Shown here: positions 45,244-56,362 of the stretch, piece after piece | How positions within the stretch are numbered: the first letter of the stretch is position 1 | How the letters are laid out: every line of letters starts with the position of its first letter | Translations under genes and position numbers: made by a program | From: a virus | DNA length: 64,000 nucleotides | Virus record (IMG/VR): IMGVR_UViG_3300036818_000070 | Location: 16,166 to 80,165 of that record | Strand: one strand, 5' to 3' | Notes under the pieces: model-generated | Told to the model about the DNA's origin: nothing | Seen by the model: the letters and a program-made list of their open reading frames with translations, nothing else | The model's database searches: none

Positions 45244-46530
45244 ATGAGCGGCATTCCCGCAGGAGCAATCGTCCACGTCGGCGGCAAGACGGTCCTCAAT
45301 CGTCTCCAGAACGTTGGGCTCCAGGACCCCAAGGTCCCCACCCAGATCGTCTACGAGACGGGCAACAACCTGGCCGTCGGCAAGATTCTGACCGAAGCCG
45401 ACTTCCGCTTCCAGATGACGTCGTGGGATGTCTCCACCGACCTGATGGCGTTGCTGACCGGCGAGTCAGCGACAGCCCTTGGCGACCAGATCAGCGGCGC
45501 CGACGACGCGGGCACCGTCTACAAGTGGGAGGACGTCGGCGCCTTCAACCTGACGTCGCCGTGGAAGTCGAACACCGGCAGCCAGGGCGGCAACATCGAG
45601 GCGGGTGTCATCATCCCGAACCTCTACCCGACGGCACTGTCTTATCGCCTCGGCGTCACCGATAACGCCGAGATGCAGGTCACGCTCGCGTCGGGCTCGT
45701 ACTTCATGGCGGAGAAGATGCCGCTGGAGGAGTACGCGACGGGCGACGGCACCACGGCCGCGTTCCAGACCGCCAACACGGCTGGCACCTACCGCATCGG
45801 CGGCGCGGGCTCGACCAACTACATGCACGTCTTCGGCGTCATGGTGGATGGCGTCCAGCAGATTCCGGGCATCGACTACACCGAGTCGGGCGGCGCGAAT
45901 GCCGACGTGACAGACACGAAGGTGACGATCACCTTCGCCGTGATTCCCGGCGACGGCGCGATCGTCAAGTACTGCTACTTCAGCGATACCGCCGCCGCCA
46001 TCCCGCAGGACGACAACCTGCCCGCCTCGGCAACACTCCCGGCCGCCGTCCGTGGTCGCGACATCACCCTGCTGGTGGGCGACCCCCACGGCACGGGCGA
46101 CGACGCGCCGCTGTCACTGTACGGCGTTCAGACGTTCGAGCTTCAAGCGAGCGTCTCGGGTTCCCTGCTGCGCCAGATGGGGACGCAGGACCCGATCGGC
46201 TTCGCCAACACCGGCATCGACACCACGGGCACCGTCACGATCGAGCCCGCCTCGATCGAGAAGCTGTTCCAGTTCATGTCGGCCTCGATGGGGATTGCCG
46301 AGTCGGAGGTGTACGGGTACATCAACCAGTTCACCTTCCCGCTCACTGCGGTCATCCACGAGCCGGGCGGCTCCGACATCATCAAGTCGATCTTCGTGCC
46401 CGACGCCTTCTTCCAGGCGCCCGGCGAGAACGCCCGCGTTCAGACGGTGACCCAGTACCCGATCAGCTTCGAGTCAATGACGGGCACCTTCCACGAGGTC
46501 AAGGGCGACCTGCCGACCGTCGGGGAGTAG
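45244..46530 (+). CDS. Major tail tube protein
   Basis: Beta-rich, two tube-like halves (VYETGN / LRQMGT) with inserted VDGVQQIPGIDYT domain; upstream of chaperones. Confidence 0.7.
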   Translation: MSGIPAGAIVHVGGKTVLNRLQNVGLQDPKVPTQIVYETGNNLAVGKILTEADFRFQMTSWDVSTDLMALLTGESATALGDQISGADDAGTVYKWEDVGAFNLTSPWKSNTGSQGGNIEAGVIIPNLYPTALSYRLGVTDNAEMQVTLASGSYFMAEKMPLEEYATGDGTTAAFQTANTAGTYRIGGAGSTNYMHVFGVMVDGVQQIPGIDYTESGGANADVTDTKVTITFAVIPGDGAIVKYCYFSDTAAAIPQDDNLPASATLPAAVRGRDITLLVGDPHGTGDDAPLSLYGVQTFELQASVSGSLLRQMGTQDPIGFANTGIDTTGTVTIEPASIEKLFQFMSASMGIAESEVYGYINQFTFPLTAVIHEPGGSDIIKSIFVPDAFFQAPGENARVQTVTQYPISFESMTGTFHEVKGDLPTVGE

Positions 46531-46532
46531 TC

Positions 46533-46952
46533 GTGAGCGGTCAGGTCATCACACAGGCGGCGGCGGCCGTCGCTGCGCCACAGGCATCCGTATCGCTCCC
46601 GGAGGCCACCAGCACCCTCGTGCTCGCAGCCAACCCGGAGCGCGCCGAGGCCATCATCAGCGTTCCGGCGGGAGACACGATCTTCCTCGGGCTCGGCGAG
46701 GATGCTGTCGCGACCACCGGCATCGCAGTGGTCGGCGGCGGCGAGCCGTTCAGGACCACGAACTGGAAGGGCGACATCAACGCGATCTCGGCCACCGCGA
46801 TCGACGTCGCCGTCACCGAGCTGGTCTACAACGCGGGCGACCCGGACAGCAACAACGAGCTGGACGAGGGTGCCAGCACGTTCGTCCCGGAGGGTCCGTC
46901 AGATGGCCACCCGTCCACGGACGTTCCGACGTTCAACGTCTTCGGGCAATAG
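46533..46952 (+). CDS. Small structural protein
   Basis: LAANPER...IFLG pattern. Confidence 0.6.
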   Translation: MSGQVITQAAAAVAAPQASVSLPEATSTLVLAANPERAEAIISVPAGDTIFLGLGEDAVATTGIAVVGGGEPFRTTNWKGDINAISATAIDVAVTELVYNAGDPDSNNELDEGASTFVPEGPSDGHPSTDVPTFNVFGQ

Positions 46953-47009
46953 CGCCCAGCGGTAGTTCGGCAGTACGACCGGGGCGCGAGTCCCACGAGA
47001 GGAGTTCAC

Positions 47010-47876
47010 ATGGAAGGTTCGGTCGCCACCAAGGAAGCGCCGCCGGAGCCCGCAGCATCGTTCGACGGCAACGCTGAGGCTACGCGCACCACCGAGGAGC
47101 TGTTCCAGTGGTCAACCTACGTGCACGTCGGCACGGGTGCGGCTGGGTGCAAGCATGGCGAGGACGGCGGCTGCGTTGACCCCCGCCACTTCCACTGCTG
47201 GCTGACGATGCCCAACGTCTTCCAGCAGCGCGATATCCAAGACAAGGCGCAGGCAGCCAAGGCGCGAAAGCGGCGCACGCTACACGACGAAGAGTCCGAC
47301 GCGCGCATCGTCCTGGAGGAGCAGATCGAGGCATGGGGGTCCACCGAGGAGTCGATGCGGCTGTTGATCGACCGGCTCGCGGACCAGCGCGTGCGACCGG
47401 AGTGGATTGAGATTCGCCACCGGCTCGTGGACACTGATCGCTTCGAGCACATCGACGCCGATATCGAGGAGTTGACGCGGCTGATCGCGGTCCCGGAGGA
47501 CGAGCGGGACGCCGACGAGTTCGCGCGGCTGGACGAGCACGTCAAGGCATTCCGCGACGAGTACGAGGGGGCCATCGCCACACAGGTCGGCTCCGAAGTC
47601 GCGCGTCTCACCGCGATGCCGAAGGCGGAGGTCCTCGACCTGGAGCGCGCCAACGTGATCGACTACACGTGCGGCGAGTCGTTCCTCAACACGATGTATA
47701 CGTGGACCTACTACGCCTGCGCCCGCAAGCCCGTCGAAAATGGGTACCCAGAGGAGCGAGCGTTCCCAAGACCCGAGAGCCTCAAGGCGGCACCGCCCGA
47801 GGTCGTCGTGGCCCTCCGTGACGCCTACCGGGAGCTGGAGATGCGGATGTCGAGAGGTGATGCGGCGGGAAACTAA
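47010..47876 (+). CDS. Tail assembly chaperone (gpG-like)
   Basis: Ends in slippery G GGA AAC TAA; upstream of tape measure. Confidence 0.75.
   Translation: MEGSVATKEAPPEPAASFDGNAEATRTTEELFQWSTYVHVGTGAAGCKHGEDGGCVDPRHFHCWLTMPNVFQQRDIQDKAQAAKARKRRTLHDEESDARIVLEEQIEAWGSTEESMRLLIDRLADQRVRPEWIEIRHRLVDTDRFEHIDADIEELTRLIAVPEDERDADEFARLDEHVKAFRDEYEGAIATQVGSEVARLTAMPKAEVLDLERANVIDYTCGESFLNTMYTWTYYACARKPVENGYPEERAFPRPESLKAAPPEVVVALRDAYRELEMRMSRGDAAGN
47867..47873 (+). other. -1 programmed frameshift site GGGAAAC
   Basis: -1 frame reads GGG AAA CTA ATA GTG into ORF 47879-48211. Confidence 0.8.
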
Positions 47877-47878
47877 TA

Positions 47879-48211
47879 GTGGACGACGCGTGGCTGGCGC
47901 TCGTGCGAATCGCACGCGACGCCGGAGATGTGTCGTCCCTGCTTCCACCCGGTGTCAAGTCGCTGTACGACGCACCCCACATGTTCGTGGTGGCCGTCAA
48001 ACAAGCCCTCCAGTTCATCAGCTTCGAGGAGCTACCGACCGAGGAGCGGCCCCCGAAGTGGATATGGCTGGACAACGAGCGCATGACACGATGGTGGGAT
48101 GAAGTGAAGCTCAACCGCCAAAACAAGAACAACGGCCTTGGTGACTTCTCACAGATGGAGCGCAATCAGTTCATGGATGTAGCGTTCAAGGGGGTCAAGT
48201 TCCGTGGCTGA
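47879..48211 (+). CDS. Tail chaperone frameshift extension (gpT-like)
   Basis: EERPPKWIWLD; lacks its own RBS. Confidence 0.7.
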   Translation: MDDAWLALVRIARDAGDVSSLLPPGVKSLYDAPHMFVVAVKQALQFISFEELPTEERPPKWIWLDNERMTRWWDEVKLNRQNKNNGLGDFSQMERNQFMDVAFKGVKFRG

Positions 48212-51200
48212 GGAGCGCAACTTCGGCTCTGACGTCCAGGGTGCGCAGGAGACTCTCGCCAAGCTTCAGCAGCTTCAGCAGGAGATCGCTGGACTGGAGC
48301 AGCGCGAACGCCAGCTCGGCACGGCCGAGGTGGGCACATCCACCGCGATCAACGAGAACTCGACGGCGCTTCAGCGCGCGATCGAGCAGACACGTTCGCT
48401 GAACGCTGCTACCGGCGAACTGACGGCGTCGCTTAGGGCTGAGACCGACTCTCTCATCAGCAACGTCAGCGCCTGGACCGCGAGGACCAATGCGATGCGC
48501 GCCGCCGGTACGGCCAGCGGCGTCACACAGGGCGCCACCGTCGCCGACACCGAGGCGGCGACGGTCATCGCCCAACAGCGCGCGCGAGTCTCCCGTGCCC
48601 CCCGCACGGTCGCCGCCTACGATCAGCTCGCCTTCGACACCTCGGTCGCCACTGAGTCGGCGAGGGGTCAGCTCTCCCTTCTCGGCACCGCCAACCTAGC
48701 GCCCCGACGCCCGAGTGCCGCTCCGCGTGAGCCCGCCACGGAGACCGCCCTCGCACCCAATGTCGGCGCAATCTCCCAGGCCGACCAGGCACTCCGCCAA
48801 CAGGCCGAGGCGGAGCAGATGGCCGCCGCCGAGGCGCAGCGCCTGATAGCGGTCCAGGACCAGATGTCCGTGCGCGCCGCGGAGCTGGCCGCCGAGCAGA
48901 CGCGGGTCAACGTCGCCTACCAGGAGTCGGTCGCGGCCTATGCGGAGTCAAGCTCGGCGCTGTCACGTAATGGTGCGCTCACCACGGAGTTCATCCAGGC
49001 GTTCGCCCGCGGTGACGTGACACTCAAGGAGTTCGAGTCACAGATGGTCTCGACCATCGGCAAGTTCGGCGGCTGGGCCGTGGCGGGCGGCGCAGTGTAC
49101 GGCGCCTACGACGCGATCAAGAAGCTCGGCGACGGCATGAAGGAGACCCAGGAGGGTGTTCAACAGGTCTCGCGCTTCATTCCAACCGCCGGTACTAGCC
49201 AGCGCGGGTACACCGAGCAGACCTTCCGCAACATCTCCAGCGAGCTGAACGTCCCCATCAGCGAAGTCACCTCGGCGATGGCGGTCATGGCCCGCACCTT
49301 CCACGACGTCTCTGACGCGGGGCAGGCAACCCGTGCCGTGCTGCTGGCCACGCGCCTTGACCAGATCGCCCCGACACAGTCCGAGCAGTACTTCACCGGC
49401 ATCGCGCAGTCACTTGGCTTCGCCGGACCTGGTGGCGGCCCGCAGCTCCTCGGGGTCGTGAACAGTCTCAATGCTCTCCAGAACGTGTACGCGGCCCGAG
49501 TGAGTCAGACGCTGCCGGGCCTCGCCCGCGCTGCGCCAGCCGCCCGTGCGGCCGGACTACAGACGACTGGTGGGGCGATCGGCACACAGAACGGCACGCC
49601 GTTGCTCGAAGCGCTCGTCGGCCTCGGCGTCAGGTCGGGCATCAGCGGCCCGCAGGTCGGCACCGCTCTCGTGCGCGCGATGGGCGGCAGGTTCGAGTTC
49701 CAGGGCAACAGCCTCCAGAACCTTCACCAGCTTGGGCTCAACCCACAGCGCGGCCAGTTCGGCAACCTCATGAACGAGATCGTCGGCCGCCAGACCGGCC
49801 CGGCGAATCAGCGGTATTCGGAGAACCAGCTCCTCCAGATCGCGACCGATATCGGTGGCACGATGCTCGGCCCCCGCGTGCTGCTTCCGCTCCTCCAGCA
49901 CGCGTCACTGCTGCCCGGCATGGTGCAGACGGCCGCGAACCCACAGCAGACCGCACAACAGGAGCTGTCACACGTTCTCGGCGGGGTCGGCGAGGAGTTC
50001 AGTCACATCGGCATCGTGCTGGAGAACATCGGCTCCGAGCTTGAGTCCGCCGGGCTCACGAGCGCGCTCCAGGTCGTACTGAAGGCCGTGGACGCCTTCG
50101 GCAATGCGCTCACGTTCGCGGCACGGCCCGTCGATCAAGTGGCAACAGCATTCGGCCAGCTCCCAGGCGTGCTCAAGGACGTCGTCGGCGCGGGCATTGG
50201 CTACGCCGGATTCCGTGCCGTGCAGCGCTCCGGTTTCGGCTTCTCGTCACAGCAGTTCCTCGGCAGACTGCCCGGCCTCTCGCTATTGGCGCCGGACGAG
50301 CAGGAGGTAGCCATCCGCTCGACGGCCGCGCGACTCCGGACATTCCAGCTCCCCGAGCTACAGCGAGACCGAGAGAGTGCGGCGGCGCGTTCCATGCGCG
50401 CCAACCAGGCAGCCCAGGGGGCGGCCACCGCCGCGGTAGGGGCGCAGAACGTCGCGCTGGCCAACCCGGAGGACGAGGCAGCCGCCCAGGCCGCCCTGGA
50501 GGCGCAGGACACCCTCGCCACGGCAACGGAGCGTGCCAGCGTGGCCAAGCAGGCGTACGCCGAGGCGGCGGGCCGCGAGCTGGACGCGCAGGTCGTCATC
50601 AATGCACTGCTCGACGGGAGTCTCAGCCTGGAGGAGCGCATCAGCGTGATGCGCAGCCAGGGGCTCGATATCGAGACGCAGATACTCGCCACTGATCGCG
50701 AGCTGCTTGAGGAGAAGCGCAAGCAGTTACTGGCGACCGCAACCGGCGCGACGGTCGCGGTCGAAAGCGTGGGCGGCGGCGCTTTCAACGGAACTGGAGT
50801 TGGCGCGTTGAGCGCTGCCGCCGTTGCCGGTGGCGGCGGCATGATCGCAACCCGCGCCTTCCAGAACGCCAACGCCGAGGAGCAGGCCGCGATCATCGGC
50901 TCGACGGTCAACGCCGAGAACCCGCAGGAGATGCAGACGATTCTCGCCGGAGGGTCGATCGAGACGGCGGAGTCGATGGCGAACTCCAGCACTGGCATCG
51001 GACTCACCGCGGTGGCTGGCGCAACGGCGCTGGGCCAGCGGGCCGTGGGCGCGATTGGCAGCGTCGCGAGCAACCCATTCGGCCTCCTGTTCGGCGGCCA
51101 GATTCTCGGCGCCGGGCTCGGAGCCCTTGGGGCCGGGGGACTGGGCAGCGCCGTCAGCAACGCAGGTCTCCTCGGCGCCGGGGGACTTCTACTCGGCAAG

Positions 51201-53555
51201 TCGGTGCTCCCGAAGCTCGGGAGTGCTGCGGACCTCATCCCCGGCGTGGAGGGTGTGGGGGATGCCCTGGGCGCTGCCAGTGTCGGGACGCTCGGCATCG
51301 CTGGCGCGGGCCTGCTCGGGGTCGGCTATGGTGCGATCAACCACAGCGCGCTGGGCCTCGGGGCTGGAGTGCTCGGAGGCGCAGCGACGGGCGCCGCCCT
51401 CGGGTCGGTCTTTCCGGTCGTCGGGACGGCCGCCGGTGGCCTCGTCGGTGGTCTCGTCGGCGCAGGCGCTCATTTCCTCGGCGATGCGCTCAGCAGCGGC
51501 GGCAGCTCCGGCGCGAACACGCCGTCCAAGATCGCCACCGCCAACTCGCAGGCCCTCACGCGCGCGGCCACCATCGCCGCTAGCAATCTCGCCAACGGCG
51601 CCAACGTCGGAGGCGCCCAGCTCGCCAGCTTCTCCAGCGTCTTCAGCCACGAGCTGACGAGCGCCTTCAACAATCCGACGAACACTAGCGATGCGCAGAC
51701 TGCGCAGTCCGCCGTCGAGAAGGCCGTCCAGAACAACATGCAGCTACTGAAGGCGGCCGGTACCAACACACCCCTTGGACAGTCGGCGGCGAGCATTTTG
51801 AACGCGGCTATCAGGTCGGTGCTGACCTCGAACACCACACGCGTGGACCCGTATGACACCGGCCAGATCGTTGACAACGCCACCCAAGGGCTCCTGACCG
51901 GCATCGGCAATCGCTTCACCTACCAGACCGCCACCGCGGCCACAGGTGGACAGCAGGAAAGCGCACTGCGCACGGCCGCATCATCCACGAGCACGAGCTA
52001 CCAGTCTTCAGTCGCCAACACCATCGCCAAGCTGAAGCAGCAAGAGGCCGGACAGCAGTCCGTGGTGGACCTGTTCAAGGTCGTCGGCGACAACAACGAG
52101 AAGCTCAACGCCGAGCTGGACGCCACCAAGTCCAAGCTGGCCCAAGCGAGCGCACTCGGCGCCCAGATCAACGTTCAGAACGTCGAGGCGCTCCAGGCCG
52201 ACGCGGCCACGGTCCTCGGCAATCTGACCACGCAGGCGTCCGACCTCCAGTCACTGTCGTCGGCAGCGGCAGGCGGCAACCAGCTCGCCCAGGCGCAGTC
52301 ACAGATCACCGAGGGTCGCACCAACCTGCGCAACACCCTGAAGACCCCGAACCTGTCACCACAGACGCGCGAAGAGAACGTCTACCAGGCGCAGACGCTG
52401 ATCGACACGGGGCAGACGCAGTCCACTCAGACGCTGGCCACGCGCATGCAGGCACAGCTCTCTGCCGAGTCGGCGCTGATTCCAAGCGACGACACCGTGC
52501 AGGCGGCACAGTCGGCCGTGAAGGACGCCTCGGCCTACTACTCGTATCTGGTGGAGCATTCACACGCGTTCGACCCGTCCCAGATCAGCCAGGCCCTCCA
52601 GTCTCTCAATCAGGCACAGGCCCAGCTCGGCGTAGCCCTTCGCGCCCAGACCCAGGCGAAGTATCAGATCACGGAGACGCAGCAGACCGGCAACCCGCTG
52701 GCCGCGGCCTACACCGAGGAGGCGGCAGCCCTGAAGGCCGAGGCGCAGGCGCAGGGCTCTGGAGAGCTGCTGGCGGCCCAGGAGCAATACGCACAGGCCG
52801 TGCAGGCCGTCCACTCGGCCACGACGCAGCAGATCACCGATATCGGCAGCCTGCGCGCCTCGCAAACCAACCAGACGCTCGCCCAGGACCAGAGCAAGGC
52901 GGCGGCGGCACTGAAGGCGCTCCAGGTTGCCATCAAGGGCGGCTACGGGACATCAACCATCCGCACGCTACAGACGAACTACAACCAGGCCGTACTCCAG
53001 AGCTTCAACGATCGCGTCAGCCAGGACCTCTCCACGGTCCAGTACGAGCAGAGCACCCTCCAGATCAGCGCCCAGGGCGCGCTCTCGAAGCTGGAGCAGC
53101 TCTACAAGAACAAGAACCTGTCCGTCTCCGAGCGCCAGCAGATCTCGGAGCAGATGTACCAGATTGAAACCAATCAGGACAACACCAGCCTGTTCGACCT
53201 GTCGCCCGCTGGCTCCAACATCCGCGCCCCCACGATCTATGACATCCGTGGCGCCGTTGGACGCACGCGCCGAGCCCTGGACGTCGGTGGCCCCTACGGC
53301 GGCACGGGACACGTGACCATCGGGGGGGCGCAGCTCAACACCACCGCCGGACAGCTCAACACCTACGACACGCGCGTGGAGGCCGCCATCAAGGACCTCG
53401 GCGCGAAGCTCGTCAGCACCAATAACGGCCGCGGCGATGTCACCTTCAACTTCGAGGTCAAGAACGCGGCCGACGTGCCGAAGGTGGCCGGAGCCATCGA
53501 CAAGGTGATGAAGACCTCCGTCAAGTCCCGACTGAAGTCCGCCGGATTGAGGTAA
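48204..53555 (+). CDS. Tape measure protein
   Basis: 1783 aa, A/Q-rich helical, Gly-rich hydrophobic segment. Confidence 0.92.
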   Translation: MAEERNFGSDVQGAQETLAKLQQLQQEIAGLEQRERQLGTAEVGTSTAINENSTALQRAIEQTRSLNAATGELTASLRAETDSLISNVSAWTARTNAMRAAGTASGVTQGATVADTEAATVIAQQRARVSRAPRTVAAYDQLAFDTSVATESARGQLSLLGTANLAPRRPSAAPREPATETALAPNVGAISQADQALRQQAEAEQMAAAEAQRLIAVQDQMSVRAAELAAEQTRVNVAYQESVAAYAESSSALSRNGALTTEFIQAFARGDVTLKEFESQMVSTIGKFGGWAVAGGAVYGAYDAIKKLGDGMKETQEGVQQVSRFIPTAGTSQRGYTEQTFRNISSELNVPISEVTSAMAVMARTFHDVSDAGQATRAVLLATRLDQIAPTQSEQYFTGIAQSLGFAGPGGGPQLLGVVNSLNALQNVYAARVSQTLPGLARAAPAARAAGLQTTGGAIGTQNGTPLLEALVGLGVRSGISGPQVGTALVRAMGGRFEFQGNSLQNLHQLGLNPQRGQFGNLMNEIVGRQTGPANQRYSENQLLQIATDIGGTMLGPRVLLPLLQHASLLPGMVQTAANPQQTAQQELSHVLGGVGEEFSHIGIVLENIGSELESAGLTSALQVVLKAVDAFGNALTFAARPVDQVATAFGQLPGVLKDVVGAGIGYAGFRAVQRSGFGFSSQQFLGRLPGLSLLAPDEQEVAIRSTAARLRTFQLPELQRDRESAAARSMRANQAAQGAATAAVGAQNVALANPEDEAAAQAALEAQDTLATATERASVAKQAYAEAAGRELDAQVVINALLDGSLSLEERISVMRSQGLDIETQILATDRELLEEKRKQLLATATGATVAVESVGGGAFNGTGVGALSAAAVAGGGGMIATRAFQNANAEEQAAIIGSTVNAENPQEMQTILAGGSIETAESMANSSTGIGLTAVAGATALGQRAVGAIGSVASNPFGLLFGGQILGAGLGALGAGGLGSAVSNAGLLGAGGLLLGKSVLPKLGSAADLIPGVEGVGDALGAASVGTLGIAGAGLLGVGYGAINHSALGLGAGVLGGAATGAALGSVFPVVGTAAGGLVGGLVGAGAHFLGDALSSGGSSGANTPSKIATANSQALTRAATIAASNLANGANVGGAQLASFSSVFSHELTSAFNNPTNTSDAQTAQSAVEKAVQNNMQLLKAAGTNTPLGQSAASILNAAIRSVLTSNTTRVDPYDTGQIVDNATQGLLTGIGNRFTYQTATAATGGQQESALRTAASSTSTSYQSSVANTIAKLKQQEAGQQSVVDLFKVVGDNNEKLNAELDATKSKLAQASALGAQINVQNVEALQADAATVLGNLTTQASDLQSLSSAAAGGNQLAQAQSQITEGRTNLRNTLKTPNLSPQTREENVYQAQTLIDTGQTQSTQTLATRMQAQLSAESALIPSDDTVQAAQSAVKDASAYYSYLVEHSHAFDPSQISQALQSLNQAQAQLGVALRAQTQAKYQITETQQTGNPLAAAYTEEAAALKAEAQAQGSGELLAAQEQYAQAVQAVHSATTQQITDIGSLRASQTNQTLAQDQSKAAAALKALQVAIKGGYGTSTIRTLQTNYNQAVLQSFNDRVSQDLSTVQYEQSTLQISAQGALSKLEQLYKNKNLSVSERQQISEQMYQIETNQDNTSLFDLSPAGSNIRAPTIYDIRGAVGRTRRALDVGGPYGGTGHVTIGGAQLNTTAGQLNTYDTRVEAAIKDLGAKLVSTNNGRGDVTFNFEVKNAADVPKVAGAIDKVMKTSVKSRLKSAGLR

Positions 53556-53558
53556 GCG

Positions 53559-54014
53559 ATGCAGCGCGTCACATTCACCAACCCTGCCAATGGCGACACA
53601 TACGAGTTCGCGACCAACCCCGAGTGGGACGCGGAGACCCAGCAGGGCACCGGCTACCAGGAGAAGGTGCGCCAGATCGAGCGCACGTCAAACACCGGCA
53701 ACATCGGCGCCACCCGCCAGCAGGGTGACGACGGCGCCTTCATCTTGAACTGGCAGTTCGCTATCTACAGCGCCGCGCAGGAACAGGCCATGTGGTCATG
53801 GTATGAACTCTCCGGCAAGCAGTCGATCTACCTCACCGACTTCGACGGCGAGGAGTACGAGGGCCAGCTCACCACCGTGGGACGCATGCGGCAGGGCGCC
53901 GCCGGGGGGCCACAGGACACGAACTCGCGAGGCTTCTATGCCATCTATGTGGTCCAGTTCGAGGTGTGGGTGTTCCGCAGCGGCATGATCGCGACCGCCG
54001 GGGTCAATACCTGA
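53559..54014 (+). CDS. Distal tail protein
   Basis: Immediately after tape measure; YEFATNP. Confidence 0.6.
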   Translation: MQRVTFTNPANGDTYEFATNPEWDAETQQGTGYQEKVRQIERTSNTGNIGATRQQGDDGAFILNWQFAIYSAAQEQAMWSWYELSGKQSIYLTDFDGEEYEGQLTTVGRMRQGAAGGPQDTNSRGFYAIYVVQFEVWVFRSGMIATAGVNT

Positions 54015-56362
54015 TGGGCACCGTCCCCGCCGTCCTGAAGTCTCGCTGGCGGTCACGCAACCTCGTCGGCGACGCCAAGCACCAGCTCGTAGTCCGCATC
54101 CGACAGGGCTACATAGCCCGCGTCCACCAGCCGATGCGTGACCTCAACACCAACAAGGAGATGCCGGGCATCCCGATCATCTGGGGCCACCAGAACTCAG
54201 TGCCGTACCAGGGCCAATGGACGCCGACGTCCGACTGGATAACGCTCCCCAGCATCCAGTCAGCCAAGACCACGAAATCGGCCGAGAACGACAACGGCAG
54301 CTCGACAGCTACCGTATTGATGGACAACGTCGCCTTCCCCGACGTGGAGGGCGACGGCGGCCTCTACCACACCATCCAGCGCGGATACTTCTCACCCCAG
54401 CGCGGCGTCAAGGTCATCTCGCGACCGTCCATGTGGTCGGCGAACTCATGGGCCGACACCCTCAACGGCGGCTGGCAGATCGAACTATGGGAAGGGTACG
54501 GGCCGGACAACGACCCGAGCGTCACACCGTACCCGGACGCCGCCGACTCTTACACGTGGATCGACGCCGACGGCGCGGCCATCGGGTACTGGAGCCGTAG
54601 CGCCTTTGGTGGCGGCGACGGCACGTGCGTCCCGCCGAGCCCAGCGATCTCGCGCACATGGACGGGGCTGATCGACCAATGTGACAACGCATCCCACCCC
54701 GACGTGATAACGCTCACCGCGAGAGACTTCGGCGTCCTCGTGACCGATCAGCAGCTTGTCACAAACGTCAAGGCTCCCGAAGTCATCGCACCCACCCAAT
54801 TCGCCGACAAGGACACCGTCCTCGGCGTGACACGACGGGGCTATGCGGGCAAGGCGTCAGGCACCAGGGGCGGCTTCACGGTCGCGGGCATCTCGACGCT
54901 CGGCACCGACTACCCCGGCTGGTGCTCGGACAGCCAGAACGCCCAGGACGATCGCGTGTGGCTTGAGATCAAGCTCAAGCAGGGCCAATACAACGAGTTC
55001 TACATTGCGACCGAGACCCCGGACCTCGAAGCCTACGTCTGCATCAAGGCGGCCAGCTCCGCTTCGCAGCCGACGACACGCTGGAACCAGGGCGCCGTCA
55101 CGACTGGCAACTGGGTGAACGGCAGCGGCGGCACGGTCGTACCTGGGACCGAAGGCGAGGACGAGACCTACTACTACGTCAATCACATCAAGACGGTCGC
55201 TCGCGGCGGCATCAAGCTATCGCTCGGGGGCACGCTCAACGCCGCCGAAGGGACCGTGCTGCGCGTCTACTTCACCCATCTGGACACCAATCTCTACGAC
55301 TTCAACGGCACGCGGACCACGATCACAAAGGTGCCTGGCTACGTCGCCACAATCTACCGGATGTGGGCCTACATGCTCGGCCATACCGCCAACGCTCCCG
55401 TGCCAAGAGCGGCGACGGCGGAGATCAAGGCACAGGGCTGGGTGCTGGTCGATGACTGCGCCGACATAGCCCGCATCTTGTTCATGTGGTGTGGGTTCCA
55501 CGAGTGGGATGTAGATAACTTCGGGTGGTCGCTCGCGCAGCCGTTCAACTTTGGCCAGGACCAGTACTTCATCGACGTGCTCACAAGTCTCCAGAACCAG
55601 GCCAACTACCTGTTCTACATGACAGCGCCGACCGACAACGATCTCTCTATCGGTGTCCCGTGTTTCAAGCGCCAGCGCGTCGGCAGTCCCAAGACCACCA
55701 ACTACGTCGGCAGCGGCGACTTCTCGCTGGTCCCCACCAACAATCTCACCTTGCGCGACCAGGACTACCTGGAGGCGTTCGACGCACCGTGGGACCTCAC
55801 ATCGCTGCCGGAGGTCATCATCTTTCGCGGCGCTATCACTGACACTGGCGTGACCTGGGGCCAGGACCTGTCCCGCCGCTACCAAGGTCGCTATTACCCG
55901 CCTTGGTCCGGGCTTGACTACACGCAAGTGAACCCCAACCCTGGCGGCAGCGGGCCGTCGGTGGCGAAGTACAACCACGCCGGACGTATCGCCGGAGTCT
56001 TCCGGAAATACGTACAGACACAGGGTCAGGTCATCTCGCTTTCGATGAACTCCACGGCGGAGTGCCTGTTCGCTTGCCTACTCACCGCCGTTCAGTTCGC
56101 CCTGGCCGAGACCAACGCCACTGCGCAGCTCAGCGGTCACCCCGGCGTCGAGCTGAACACGGCCGTCACGGTGATAGACGAGGCGACAGGCACGAACTCG
56201 CGCATGTGGGTCAACAGCATCGAGTCCGACCACAACATGGGGGAGGAGGGCTCGTGGCACATGACCCTCCAGGGACCGTTGCTCGATACCGATGACATGA
56301 GCGCCATCGCCGAAGACTGGTCCTACGTCAACTTCCGCTACAAGATGGCGCGAGGCGTCTGA
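54014..56362 (+). CDS. Tail tip/baseplate hub protein
   Basis: WTGLID...ITLTARD; GHPGVELNTAVTV. Confidence 0.7.
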   Translation: MGTVPAVLKSRWRSRNLVGDAKHQLVVRIRQGYIARVHQPMRDLNTNKEMPGIPIIWGHQNSVPYQGQWTPTSDWITLPSIQSAKTTKSAENDNGSSTATVLMDNVAFPDVEGDGGLYHTIQRGYFSPQRGVKVISRPSMWSANSWADTLNGGWQIELWEGYGPDNDPSVTPYPDAADSYTWIDADGAAIGYWSRSAFGGGDGTCVPPSPAISRTWTGLIDQCDNASHPDVITLTARDFGVLVTDQQLVTNVKAPEVIAPTQFADKDTVLGVTRRGYAGKASGTRGGFTVAGISTLGTDYPGWCSDSQNAQDDRVWLEIKLKQGQYNEFYIATETPDLEAYVCIKAASSASQPTTRWNQGAVTTGNWVNGSGGTVVPGTEGEDETYYYVNHIKTVARGGIKLSLGGTLNAAEGTVLRVYFTHLDTNLYDFNGTRTTITKVPGYVATIYRMWAYMLGHTANAPVPRAATAEIKAQGWVLVDDCADIARILFMWCGFHEWDVDNFGWSLAQPFNFGQDQYFIDVLTSLQNQANYLFYMTAPTDNDLSIGVPCFKRQRVGSPKTTNYVGSGDFSLVPTNNLTLRDQDYLEAFDAPWDLTSLPEVIIFRGAITDTGVTWGQDLSRRYQGRYYPPWSGLDYTQVNPNPGGSGPSVAKYNHAGRIAGVFRKYVQTQGQVISLSMNSTAECLFACLLTAVQFALAETNATAQLSGHPGVELNTAVTVIDEATGTNSRMWVNSIESDHNMGEEGSWHMTLQGPLLDTDDMSAIAEDWSYVNFRYKMARGV

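Noticed and set aside
16390-46970. CGGTAGTTCGG at 16390 and 46960
   Set aside because: Only two copies in unrelated contexts; plausible by chance
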